DNA of 60,866 nt, the filler included, from Sphacelaria rigidula (taxonomy: Eukaryota), in NCBI GenBank assembly GCA_964200075.2. It is 8 parts of 8 records of this genome, joined end to end, with 100 filler letters (N's around TTAATTAATTAA, not from the genome) between each part and the next. Parts side by side here need not be neighbours in the genome. Positions count along the whole stretch, not along the records: positions 45,727 to 53,246 come from CAXNAA020014533.1; positions 53,347 to 60,866 come from CAXNAA020014534.1; 6 more parts are not named here. The stretch is one strand, 5' to 3'. The position numbers were made by a program, and so were the translations under genes. The notes under the pieces are model-generated. The model had not been told where the DNA came from. It did not search any database and saw only the letters and a list, made by a program, of their open reading frames with translations. Shown in pieces: positions 48,431 through 60,866 of this stretch. Within the stretch, counting starts at the first letter, position 1, and the number at the start of each line of letters is the position of its first letter.

Positions 48431-51400
48431 AGACTGTGTGTTTGTGAATAACAACTGTCTTGAAGTCTCCAAGCCCTAGTGAGGGAGGAAGCCCTTGGAG
48501 CAATATTGTGACCTTGTTCTGAGTTCAGGAGGGCTCAATAGGTCGTGACCAACTGTCGGTGTGCGACGCCGGTCAGGAGCGGGAGCAAGACTCTGGTTTG
48601 ACGTCGAGAAGGGGCTGGACTCACGTTCGTTGAATTTTTCATGAGTGACGAACGGAGGACACGATGTCGCCGATCGGGGCACCAAATGTACGAGTTTGGG
48701 CGTGGCAGGTGCAGAATCATCGTTAAATTGCACGTGCGCAGACGCCGATTGGCCTTGGAGCGTGGCCTGGCAAAAAGTCGTGAATGCCTCGGTGAGAGCT
48801 GAGGCTGGCGAGTGCGCCGGCGCCGATGAAGTGCGAATATATCCTGCAGGGCAGAATACATGACCGCGACTGCTGGTCCGACGTTGGACTGCGCAGTAGG
48901 GCGCACGAGACTGTCGAGACTCGTGCGATGGGGGTCTGCAACGGAAGCAGCCCGCGTGACAAAATCTCTTGCTCCAGAAGCGATACGCTTCGTCGGGACT
49001 GAGTCGTCTCGAGACTTGTCAACCGTCATGCGACGGGGTGCCACGGTTGAAGCAACCGTTACAGGGCCAAGTTGGACACGTGTGTCCAGGGGCAACGACT
49101 CAGCTGGGGGCACAATCCTGACTTCGGATTCCACATCGGGATTCGGAAGAACAGGCCGCAGCGAGGGGGGTGCTACGGAATCCACCGTCATGGGTTCACT
49201 GACATGTCCGTTAGGAGCCAATGACCCAGCCAATGGCACAAGCCTGTTCTCTGAGTCCAAATCGGTACGCGAGAGAACTGGTCGTGGCATCATAGTCTTT
49301 TCTTCAAGCCTCGAAGAGCGAACATCGCTCGAAGGTTGGTCTTCAGATCCCGAAGATCGAACAGCGCTCGCATACGTGCGTCGAAGAGTTGAAGGTGACG
49401 TGACACTCATATCAAAAGATTTCGAATCGCCAGTGGTTTGATTTCGTGTCCGACGAAGCGATTGGTTTCCCAATTGAGGGGAAGAGCCAGCATTATTTCT
49501 GTGCGACATGATAGTCGTACGCAACTCGTGTGCTTAAAAAAGCAGGAGCAGTGTGTCTGGTCGTCGGGCTCTAATCAAAGGAGCGTGACACCAGGAAATG
49601 CTAGGTGCAACGGCCGAAGCTTGTATCCGGAAATACGGGAAAATGACGCCTAGTGGCGCCTGGAGGGACCTTGGGAACCTGATGAACTCGAGTATTATCG
49701 TTCAAGCTAATTGCTGTATGTAACAATAATGTCGGAGGTCTGGTCAATACAACTATCTAAGTTGTGGTGGTAAGAGCTATCAACGGAAGCTCGGGATTGC
49801 GCACAGAACAGACGTACGGCGTCGAAAAAGGCGAGAATCCATTTGTTTGTAGCAGCGTTGGTGCGTGAAAGTAGTACAACTCACACATGTTCCTGTTGTG
49901 GTGTCAAGGGCAAACTATAACAGTATTATCCCGGCACAAGCTGAGAAGCGACTGGTGGTATTTAAATGATAATTTCAGATGAGCACCAAAAGATCGTGCG
50001 GCGTAGGGCAGCACAAAAGCTTCTACAAAGCTTGGGATGTAGACCGCAAGATCGGACTACGTAGTGCAGGGCGGAATCTTGTTACACAACGGAGTTGGGA
50101 CAACGTACGCATATGAAACAAAGTTGAAGTTGTGCGTAGCAGGGGCAACGCTGAGGGTGGGTGCCGAAAAAAAGTAGTGCACAGGCAAGGGGCACTTCTT
50201 TCGAGTGCCGTCTGCTCCAAGTGAGCACGTGACATAGGTCTGGAATGTTACAAACGAGTATTATCGCGACGAAACTGTCTCGGAACAATTAATTATTATT
50301 TGGCCAAGAGGAGGTTAATATGAAAAAACCTCACAGCCGGTTGTGCTGTGTATTGTTACTTACCACGGTGATGTACAGCGCTGCTCTACAGCTGTGCGAA
50401 GTACACCAGAAGAGAACAACAACAACAAAGTAGCTACGAGTGATGTAGATCGCGACGCACCGAAAGTGCCGGAACGGTTACAAATCTTGTGCACAGATGT
50501 CCGTGGTCACCTGCGTTGGGAGCACGGGTTGTGTTACTCAGCGACCTGTGAACAAAAGATGCAACAGCCGTGTACAATCGATACTGAAATATGAAAGCGG
50601 CAGATTGCTGACTTGGCAAAGAGCTCAGGTCAGGAACAACGGCTGATTATAAGCAACAGTGCACTCTGTGCACTGGTGTCCTGTAGAAAACCTGTAGTAG
50701 AAGACTTGTGCTGTTAGAGGGAAGGGGACAACAAGACCAAATACGCGAGCCAGGGATAGCTGGGCGTGTGACCGTGCTGTACTGAATCACCAGGGGATGT
50801 TACGTTTTGCAGGCGGGACGTACCACAGTGCAACGTGCAGGTGTATTTGTAACAAAAAGACACAAAAACACAGCAAGGCGAGGCTGGCGTGCGATGCGCG
50901 TTGACCCAACGTGGCACACGGTGTGCAGTCAAGCGCTGCAGCAAGCGGCAAGCAGCAAGAGCTGCAAGTCACAAGTACTATGTACGAGGGGACACACAGG
51001 GCAGAAGCTTTACAGTAGCTTGAGAACTGACTATTAATAAAGCCGTGAAAAGCTAGAAGAGATAGCTTTGACTACTACTGTACCTGAACCGAACAAAACA
51101 CGAGGGGGAAAAAATGGTTAAAACAGCTGCGCGCGTGCAGCTCGACAAGCCGGGATGCAAATCGGTGTCAAGAAGGGACCCGCAATTGCAAAAGAAGAGA
51201 CTCCTTAGTCGAACGCCAAATGTAATGAGGTTACGGTGCTGTTGTGGCAAGCACAGGCTAGCTAAGACAAGGCAAGGATCCAGTCCATAGACTGAACAGC
51301 CAGGTAGGACAAGAGAAACTGACTCACACAAGACGAGTTCGGCAAATGGCAAATGCCTCAGAATGATCTCACACGCAGGTTGTATCTTCTTTATTTTCTG

Positions 51401-51599
51401 GTCTCTACCTTACAGTATTCAATCAATCAATCCAAGCCCACGCTCAGTCAACCAGTCTCACCGATGTTAGACTTCTTTGCTGGAAGAGGGTAGAAGAGGG
51501 TAGTGAGACGGTAGGCGCTAGATCTGCTTATTGTGCAGATCTAGCCGTCACCATCCCCACCATATACAAGCTCATATTCGTACCCGACCAACTCTGAAC

Positions 51600-52460
51600 A
51601 GACGTGCAGTCTTGAATACCGGAATATCCCAGATACCGATAGCCAGACTCGACAACGGGTCTGAAGCGGCATGAAAACAGGCTAATATGCATCTTCATGA
51701 CAGTTCGGCATTGCCGCCGCCAGCACTAATGAATCTCGGCCATGTGATATGCTCGCAGTCACTTTCCTCGCCGGTCTATTGGCATACATGTTGCGTAGGG
51801 TAGTTTCGATTTCCCCCATGCTGAAATCTGGATCTCGTTTTGCGTTATATTTTATTCGGTCATACTCGCTGGGTAGACCCCCGACTATGATATCAGTAAG
51901 TTCGTCGGAGATGGGCTTGCCAATGTGCACGAGCTCGTTTCGGAGCTGGAATAGTTTTGCTAGAAAAACGTCCGGGTCTTGTCCTGGTGACATGGTCATG
52001 GTGTCCAGCTGTCGAATCAGTGAGCGGCGTCTTTGTGTAGATAAATTTTGGTACTTGGCTACCAAACCTTCCCATGCAATTTTGCCGTTTGCTTTCTCTG
52101 AATCCTTCGGCTGAAAACACAGGAGATAACTTGCTGCTGAACCAGTTGTCGATAAGTACAAAACGTTGAACAACTGTTCGTTATACCGGTCCCAGTTTTG
52201 TATCTCACGCGTGTACAAAATCTGTCTCACACGTAAGTCCACGCTGGGATGATCAGACACTTCTCGGAAAGGAGGTTGGGCTTGACCTCCAGCAGTTTCA
52301 GTATCACCCACCGCTGCTGTCGTCTCGCTCCTCGCAGTTGCCCCCACCGATGGCGACGTCGAAGGAGCGGGCGGCAGCTGATGGCCTCTGGAACGGGTCG
52401 CAATGGGGCTCGTTCTTGATGTCGACCTGGTAGCTGGTTGTGGGTGATCTACCTCACAAA
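51600..52460 (-). mobile_element. Ty1/Copia gag remnant
   Basis: ORF 51682-52347: QLFNVLYLSTTG...AWEGLVAKYQ...GQDPDVFL..L..LR.EL...G..ISD...IIVGGLPSEYD (copia gag/UBN2-type pattern). Confidence 0.85.
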
Positions 52461-53246
52461 AATCTTCATCATAAGTTTCCGGGGGCGTTCGACCCCGTTG
52501 AGGATATCAGAGATCCCCGGATACGTTAAGCAAATGATCGCGCGCGTAAAGTGCGTCCACTCGACGAATTTTGGTACCGTCGAACTTGTCGATACTCCTG
52601 ATGAGTTGAGTTACAGATTGCTTCCCCGATGTATTCATCTGCCTAAAGTTTCATTTGTAAAGAAAACTTTCTATTCACACCTGCAGATCCTTAGAAAGGA
52701 TCTGATTCCTTGGTCTTCTGATTGATGCTGCTGAGATGACCTTGAAGTGACGTCACCTCTCTCGTGCTGACCGTCGTAGTCTCGAATCGAAGGCCGATGA
52801 CCTGAAGGACTACGTGGTCACGAATCGAAGGCTCAAAACCTGTTGGAAATATGTTGTGGCTCGTTGCGTTTGGTACTGTTCTCGAAACAGACCGACTACC
52901 GTCGCTGAGAAAGTAGTATAGCAGAGGTTGCACTGTGATAGTCAAACCACTTGCTTCTGCAGCACACAAAAAGTCGAAAGACAAAAATGGTGTTTGGGGC
53001 TCTGCACTTCGGCCGAACAAAATCAAGGCAGCCTCTTTTGCAAGCAGAGTGCTGAGGAAATGAAGAAGAGCTGGGTAAGCTTGGTAAGCTTGGGAGAGTG
53101 ACTGTAAGGGCGATAGGAACCACCGATTACAAGCATGCTCAATCCTGGAAGAAGAATCAAACACTCTACATGTACACGCGTGTCGACGACGATACCACCA
53201 GAGAGAGAAGCAACGACAGAGAGAAAGCTCCTCGCCCGTGTCCTTT

Positions 53247-53346
53247 NNNNNNNNNNNNNNNNNNNNNNNNNNNNNNNNNNNNNNNNNNNNTTAATTAATT
53301 AANNNNNNNNNNNNNNNNNNNNNNNNNNNNNNNNNNNNNNNNNNNN
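53247..53346. other. Artificial scaffold linker
   Basis: Same 100-nt linker. Confidence 0.98.
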
Positions 53347-53411
53347 TTTTGGGGTTTGTGTGTCTTTGTTTTTGTCTGATGGTTCATCGTGGGGGGGGGA
53401 GGGGGGGCGGG

Positions 53412-53488
53412 TGTACTCATGACCATGCATGCCATAGTCATAAGACCGTTGACCTCGCATCCCTACAAAGCAGGGATGGAGCACGCCT
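53412..53488 (-). mobile_element. 5'-truncated family B copy with a G-run target-site duplication
   Basis: 77-bp 3' end flanked by GA-G7-CGGG (53399-53411) and GA-G10-CGGG (53489-53504). Confidence 0.8.
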
Positions 53489-55748
53489 GAGGGGGGGGGG
53501 CGGGCGGGGACCCAGCCTGCTGCCCCTTAGTTTAGGCCCGAGGCGTTGGCGGATGCGGTCAGCTGCCGTGTATACATATCCGTGGCATGGAGACCGCGGA
53601 GATGGTGGACACGCCCCCCCCCCAAGCTCATCACTTACCATAAATACATTTATGGGATCATGTTCCGTATCGTGTGCCTCGAGTGCTTACCAGTAGTCCG
53701 GGCAAGCTTGGCGAGGCGTGAGATAATATTGCTGTTTTGGCTACACACTGTCGCTACCGTGCGCTTGTGTGTATACATGTGTGTGAGCGTGGCCGGCATC
53801 CGAGGTCATCGAGACATAGCGGGCAAAGAGCAGAGGCAAGTATATAAACCACGCAAAGCTCACCAGACTTTCCGGTTTTGTCACTGTATTTTCATGGAGT
53901 TCTCCAACCATCCTATTTTCTTCATTATGACAATTCTCGAGAAACAGCCCTCCGGGAGCGGACGGGGGGGGGAGGGGGATACGTGTCCCACAATCTTTTC
54001 CCGACAGACCCCTGGAGGGGACGATAAAAACAAACAGAATACAAGTAGACTGACGTGGACCACAGGCAGGAAAAAACTTTGGCTTCCAGTCACACTTGCG
54101 ATAAAATCCGACACACGCCCTTGGTACATTGTCCAGGAGACATTCCCGGCTTACCGACGAAAGTCTTGGCCGTACGTTTGCCTTCGTCCTCCCCAACATA
54201 GACGACAAGCTCCCTTGGCGTCCTCGAGACGGCTCTCCGCGCTACGAGTAAGTCATTACCCACAGCATCCCAGAAGTGAGAAGGGCGAAGGGGAGTTTCA
54301 GGAAGAGGGACAAATACTATAAAGCTGAAGTACGAGAATGGGGAGAAAAAAAAATAATGTGTACGCCTGACTCGTGAAGCTATCATGGCTAGGCAATCAC
54401 TTTCACTAGTCGTTTAGACTAGTCGTTAGCGATATAAAACAAAATATAGTGGGTACAGCATGTTGTTCGACACTGTTCTGCTCATACCCTCGGCTTGTGA
54501 TGCTCGCGTGTGTGTGTGTTTGTGTAGTGCGTCTGGTGTATGACTCTGCAGAACAAATTGATGGTATAAGGGATGGCATACCCCTCAGTCGAGGCACCAT
54601 TCGCAATTTTCCTACGAGCTCAGAATTGACGACGGAGGAGCGGGGGCGTACTCATTTGTTGCTTGCCTTAGTCGTTCGATCAATGACCACACATCCCATT
54701 CGAGACGGAGCACAGCTCTTGCTCCCAATAGAGACACCTCCAACATTCAGGCGATCAGTAAGTTTTGTCATTCAGTGCACAAGGACCTCTCATATATCTC
54801 CTGATATGGCGGGCGTATTCTCGCCACAATTCAAGTGCGAAATGATCTCACGTCACCTTCGTTTACGTTTCTTATCTCCTCCTTTAACACGTTCCGTCCG
54901 TTCCTCCTTTTATATATAGTGCCCATTCTGCCACTATATGCGTTCTACTTCTCTATCGCTTTGCCACATTCGATTTTTTCTGATTCTTTCTTTTTCTTCA
55001 GCGAGTGTTTTAGTCTTGTTTTTCTTGGGTACATCTATCATGCGACCACGGCTGGACCTCTGGGGGGTCTCAGTTGGAGAGCGACAAGCAATAAATCAAT
55101 CATAGAGGCATTCTGTACATCTACTTCCTCCTCCACTCGATTACTGGTAAATTCCCTTCACATCTTGGATAATGGCAAAATATGATGCAAGAGTGATGCT
55201 ACGGTACGGGTTGCACTTTTTTTAGCGAAAATGTTTCTCCAGGTGTTGGGCGGGTCATTTAGAGAATCGGCATCATTTTTAATGGAGAAAGTCTGAAAAT
55301 GATGCCGATTCACGAAATGGCCCCTGAGGGCAAACATCATGTTTCTGGGAGTGCGGTCCCCGGAGACTTGGATTGCACAGTAAGCCCCATATATTTCGGC
55401 TCCAACAAAAAAGAGACCCAGGAACGAAAATTGCAACCCCTATCGTAGCATCGCTGTCAGCAGTTGCAACATACAAGGAATGTACCACGTAAGTTATTTG
55501 CCTATTGCGACTGTTGTCCGCCGACAGTGGTCGCAATAGGCCTATACTTTACGTAGTACATTTTTGTCTGTTGCAACCATGAGGCATGTAGTCATTATCC
55601 AACGTGTGATCTCTTTCTTATTTCCGGCAGGTCCAGCTCCCCCCCACCCGAAATCGCACTTTCAATTTTTTCGCGACTCCATCGAGCCGTGGGGATATAT
55701 TTTCATCCATGTCTCTCAACTACCCGTATGTCCTCAGGTACTCTTCCT

Positions 55749-56097
55749 GGTCGCCCCGGTGGCTCAGTTGGTAACCTCGAAACTATCTGACGGTTGGGTT
55801 GTGTGTTCGAATCTCGGAGCGATCTGGGATTTTTCTCGTATTATGCCCAACAGAGGAGAGCGACTGCGTCGTGGGTACAAAAAGTTAGATTTAACGGTCG
55901 AGGAGGGAAAAGGGACTGCTGGACCCCTCTCGCGATAAAAAATAAAGGCAAAATGCCCACAGAAGGAAGGTGGAGAACCAAAAAAAAGTCCCTGTGCTGG
56001 GTCCTCCTGTGTGACCCCGGCTGGTGCGCCCACATATACCGTAAGGTGTTCACTGACGTCCAGAATAGATATAATGATAACACACAACACACAACAC
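55749..56097 (+). mobile_element. Full-length copy of the same tRNA-derived SINE
   Basis: A-box 55760-55771, B-box gttcgaatc 55805-55813, CA-rich tail, TSD ACTCTTCCT (55740-55748 and 56098-56106). Truncated copies at 17905-18120, 22520-22650 (-) and 38107-38283. Confidence 0.9.
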
Positions 56098-56159
56098 ACT
56101 CTTCCTCGTCCATTTTCCGTCTTAGCGCTCGCTTTCCCCCTTACTTCTTTGCTTGGTAG

Positions 56160-56780
56160 TTTTTTTTTGTCTTCTACCCCCCCACGTTCACCTATGGACA
56201 TAATCTCGTCTCGGTAACCCTTACACCCTGCCATACTTTCTCGACTACGCTATTCCACCTTATTCCAGCCTGCCCTTTCGTCATATTCTTCCGTACAGCC
56301 CCATCAACTATGGTTGGCAACCTCTCTCCTTACTATTATGGCCTCTTTCGCGTCATCATCCCACCATTGCATTACTCTATCGCATTATTTGATATCCACC
56401 AGTTTTATTTTTTCTACATGAATATGATTGCTGTGGGCTCGACCGATTTCTCCCATCCTTCTTCGCTCTTCGCTCCCGCCGTTCGATGCTGTACCTACGC
56501 TTTCCCAACAGCTCGAAAAATTTCACCACATTTCCGGTCATCTCTTCCTGGAACTCCTGCTATTTTTCTTTCATTTCTTAGTTGTCCATTCTTCATCCGG
56601 ATAGCTTCGTATCCCGTCTATTAATCATATACTTCGTACTAGTTTTCATCTGTTTGCTCTTTGTCCATATCAGGCAGTGATCGTACTTCCCACATCCGCT
56701 GCTCAGATATGTTAAATTCCTTACAACTTCCATTTATTGCCACATTTATTGTTGGGGTTACCGGCGCAGGCTAGTTCGCG
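56160..56780 (-). mobile_element. Decayed LINE fragment (end of APE endonuclease plus linker)
   Basis: Purine-rich minus strand encoding a frameshifted DVGS(T)DHCLIW and QWWDDDAKEAIIVRRE. Confidence 0.6.
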
Positions 56781-58904
56781 GTATTCAGCCAAGATTGTGT
56801 CATCAGCAAATGCCCTCCGCAATACCTACTCAATAGTTGCACACATGGTATCATCCTGACTGGAATGAACAGACGAGGGGGGTAACATAACCGGATTTTT
56901 GCTCAAGTGAGCGGTGGCGCTAAGGGCGAAGAAAAGCCTCGATCAATCAGCGCCCGTCAAAACTGTTCTGAAATCGAAAACACGAATTTTCAACCCATTT
57001 TATACCCAATCTCCACATAATTTGAATCTAAGTGATCGCTATCAGCTCAGGAATCCAACAGAAAAAAACAGATTCGGAAACGGTTACTATGGGATCGAGT
57101 CATCCCCCAAACCATGGTATTTCGGCGATGTGGGGTTTTGGAGTCGTCGGATTTCTAGTGATGACACACACACGAAATATCAAGGAGCATTTTCCTTGTT
57201 TATGTCGTAGAAAAGCCCAGACCGCCCTATAATTTGGCAGTGCCGTAGGTATCAGTGCTCCAAATGGGGAATATATATATATATATATATTGTCGGCAGT
57301 ATTTCGAAGGTTCTCCGCTCTCTACCGGCTCCCGGGGTCCTAGCGTGAAGCCCCCCTCAAGGCGGTCCATAATGCCTCACAATAAAAAAGCCTGCGATTA
57401 TGCGTCCCTAGTAGTGCAAGGAACATATGTCCAAGGTTTGGTTGCAAAACTCGAAAACCTTATACAGTTCTTCTCATAATGCCCGGAAAGAACCTACTCG
57501 TGCTAAAATACAGTAGATAGGAATTTTGCACGTTTCAAGCTCGATTCATCGCGAAACTTCACACCGTTTTCAGGAGTTAGACCGAAATATCGTGCACATA
57601 CGTACAATAGACCGCGACAAAAAATTCGATGAGGTAGGTTTTTCTTGATTATCCATCGGTTTTCGTGGGTCCTGCGGGGTCCAAGGTCCCGAGAACCCTG
57701 GGACCCCCGAAAACCGGTGGGGAAAAGTAAGGACAAACCTCGTTTATCGAGATTTTTTCAGTGAGACATACCACAGTAGTTCACTCCTAAAAACGGCGAG
57801 AAGTTCTGGGGAATAAAATGTTGAGGGTGACAATCGTGCACCAGCCTGTATGCCCTCTAGACTTGGTCTCAAACACGTCGCCCGTTTCCCTTGATCTTTG
57901 GAGGAGTGATTGGGGTTGCACGGAGACTTTTTGCTTGAATTGTTGCAAGATGCACTTCAGTTTCTTTCAGCTACTGTCACTTAGCCTCGAAAGGTGGACT
58001 ATAATAGAAACGTGGAAGACTTTTATGGCAACAAATCTCGATTTGTTTTGGACATCAGGGGAACTCAAAATCACAAACTCAAAATCGGGGGGACCGTTTG
58101 ATGCTACAGACAGTATGACATATTTGTGACACGGTTCTGTACACAAACGGTCATTTTCTGCATGACGAGTGTGGTACTGTGTACTCGCGTATGAAGCCGA
58201 AGAGCAGGTAGGTGGTGAACATTCCTTCGAGTACAGCGTCGTACCTTGGTACCCTGGGGTAATACAGTACAGGACACTTCATCACTACAGTACATGATGA
58301 TGCCTTGTGGTAGTACATGATGGTACAGTCGGTATTGCGAGAACAGACAACAAACAGTGCGCGAGCACAGTTCAATAGTGCAGTGCCGTACATCACCCCC
58401 CATGTACAGCGACAACAGAGTAGGAGAGTACGGACTGTAGCGTTCGTTGTAGTGATTAACATATGGTAGCGCAGCGCAGCATAAAATATAATCATCGCCG
58501 CAGGGTACGGCGTCAGCCTTACTATCCGCTTGTCGAACCCCGTGCGGAGTTGCTTCAGCAGCTGACGCGGGAAAGCACGCCCTGCGCTGTCGCGAGACTG
58601 TCTTCTGCTGCCGTTGCAAAAATATCAAACGCCTCGTACCCTACCACTGTATGTAAATGCACGTACGTCACCTGAAAAAAACGTTTTATATTTTCCCCGA
58701 TGCTCGAAAAAATCGAGATTGGTGACTGCCGTACAAAACGGCCCAAGCCTCAGAGTCTGGTCTGTAGTGTCACAGAGACACCCGAGCATGTAGATTGGCC
58801 TGCCTTGCGCTTCAGTGAATCGTCTGCAGCTATGGCATGTACTCTACGACATAACATCAACGGTGTGCTACACTACTCCCTGTATTATCCCATATCTATG
58901 AACT

Positions 58905-60866
58905 GCAAATATCCCCCGCCCGAGGCAAATGTAGAGACGTCGAAGCGGGAGGATGGAGGCTCGAAAGAATTGCAGAGAGATTTTTCCAGAGACGAAGTAA
59001 AGGAGTGCGTAGCTAAACTCAAGAACAGAAAGGCAGCAAGGGCGGACGGAGTAGTGACTGAAATTCTCAAGTACGGGGGAGAGGGAATGATTGCCATGAC
59101 GCTTATGCTGTATAACTGGATCTGGGAATACGAGTACACACCCAAGAGGTGGAGCGGAGGAGGAGGAGGAGTCAACCTCTTGAAAAAAAAGGACAAGGCT
59201 GACCCAGGGAAGTATAGAGGGATAAGGCTACTGAGCACGGCAGGGAAAACATTCTGTAAAATTCTGAACGATAGAGTAGGAACGATGCTAGAAAAGGAAT
59301 GGAAAATCAGCGAGGGACAAGCAGGATTTAGACCAAACCGTAGTTGCGTAGGCCATGTGTGCACACCGAGTAAGATTATTCAAGTAAGATTTTTCAGGGT
59401 AGGCAGGAAAAACACCAGGCTGACAACGTACTGTTTCATTTTGGACGTGCAAAAGGCTCATGACACAGTATGAAGAAATGGGTTGTGGAAAAAGTTGTGG
59501 GAAACTGGTATCAGAGGAAAGATGTGGAGAATGGTGAAGATGACAGCATGTGCCAAAAGTGCTATGATGCTAGAGGGGGAAATATCGAAATATTTCGTTA
59601 TCTTTCAAGGAGTTGCACAAGGATGTACGTTATCACCCACTTTATTCTAGGTATTCGTTAATGACTTAATACTAGAGATAGAAGCAGCAAAGCAAGGGGT
59701 CAAGGTTGGTGAAGATATGATATCAGGTTTGATGTTCGCAGATGATTTTGTGGGGATATCAGGAACAGCAAAAGGATTGCAAAAACAAATAGAAACGACA
59801 ATAGAAAACACTAGGAAATGGAGAGTGACAGCGAACGTCAACAAATGCGCGGTACTCGTGTGTGACGAAGATAAGAAAAAATCCGGTAGAGCTCAAGTGA
59901 AAGTGGGGAGATGAGGAACTGCCGATTGTAGACCAGTATACATACTTTGGCGTAGAGATCTCAAGAAACTGTTCTTCGGATGCACACATAAATGAAGTAA
60001 TAGGAAAGGGTAAGACGCAGATAGGCAGGATGGACGTGATCCTCACAAACTCGAATCTAGACACTAGGATCAAGAGATGTATCCTGATGAACGTGATCGT
60101 ACCGAAGCCGGAATATGCAGGAGAAGTATGGGAGGGGAACGTAAAGTTGGTGAAGAAGTTAAAAACAGAACAGATGGCAGCAGCTAAGAAGATACTTGGA
60201 TGCTCGAAAACGACGAGCAATACAGCATTGAGAGCAGAGTTGGGAATGTACTCACTTAAAAGAAGCAGAGACATGAGGAACCTGAGGTGGCAATATAGCG
60301 TAAAGAACATGCAGAGAAAGACATTGCCAGCTATAGTTGATAAGGCTGTATGGAAGAAAAGTACGAAAGGGTAAGCTGGAATAAGGTGGGATAAAGAAGT
60401 CGAGAAAGTATGAAAGGAGATAGGAGGAAACCAAGACGAAATACTGTCCACAGGTGAAGGTGCGGGGTACAAGGCAAAAGTAAGAGATATGATGGAAATA
60501 AGGGGGAAAAAAGCGTTCAGACGCAAAGTAGACGAGGAAGAACACCTCAAGGTATATGGGGGGTTGAGAGAGAGGATAGGGATGAAAGCATATTTGCATG
60601 GCCCGTGGACGCGGCGAGAACATTAAAACTGCGATTTCTAGTGGGGGACCTGGACCTGCCAGAAAGAAAGAGCTTCACCAGTCGTCGAGAGGAGGAAGAA
60701 GTAGATGCAGAATTGCCCCTGTGGCGAAGCAATAGAGAGCAGATGTTATTTAGTGGTAGAATGTGAACTATACAAGGAGGAACGGGACGTGCTGGAGGGG
60801 GAAATGCGGGACATGAACGAAAATAGCATGAAATCGTTTGATGCATCAGACAGTAGGGAGAAAACG
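58905..60866 (+). mobile_element. Decayed non-LTR retrotransposon (LINE family A): RT plus C-terminal zinc-knuckle-like region
   Basis: RT motifs KYRGIRLLS, QAGFRPNRS, LDVQKAHDTV, GVAQGCTLSPTLF and MFADD, with multiple stops and frameshifts. C-terminal CPCG...C. Confidence 0.92.

Noticed and set aside
7567-53302. Regularly spaced TTAATTAATTAA palindromes (period ~7621 bp) as a biological array
   Set aside because: Each is centred in N-runs; this is a standard six-frame-stop contig linker.
53546-54322. 258-aa ORF as a gene
   Set aside because: No recognisable domain or splice structure; it runs through simple repeats and G-runs.
55749-55825. Functional tRNA genes (also 18445-18520 and 7225-7295)
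   Set aside because: A/B boxes are present but there is no proper cloverleaf; the first two are embedded in SINE bodies with tails and TSDs.

Overview
This is eukaryotic, repeat-dense DNA, most likely from a brown alga (Phaeophyceae). That is an inference from the long introns, an Ectocarpus-type adhesin/Pmp-like exon and the TE complement. The window is not one locus. It is eight unplaced scaffolds of 7522, 7521, 7521, 7521, 7521, 7520, 7520 and 7520 bp, sorted by length and joined by 100-nt N44-TTAATTAATTAA-N44 linkers, so adjacency across linkers carries no information. Host genes: five phase-consistent minus-strand exons (267-6828) of a WSD/WHIM chromatin protein, with a probable GC-AG intron, and one ubiquitin-like exon (21618-21740). 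The rest is mostly decayed TEs: RTE-like and other LINEs, two Ty3/Gypsy remnants, a Copia gag, tRNA-derived SINEs and many MITEs. Two things stand out. (1) An abundant ~500-bp non-coding retroposon shares its 3' ~75 nt with a LINE in the window, sits repeatedly in G/C homopolymer runs that look like target-site duplications, and has an HDV-ribozyme-like fold at its 5' end. (2) A 623-bp near-perfect hairpin formed by inverted duplication of an adhesin-like exon is a candidate hpRNA/proto-miRNA locus. All calls were made by eye; no database search or folding program was run.
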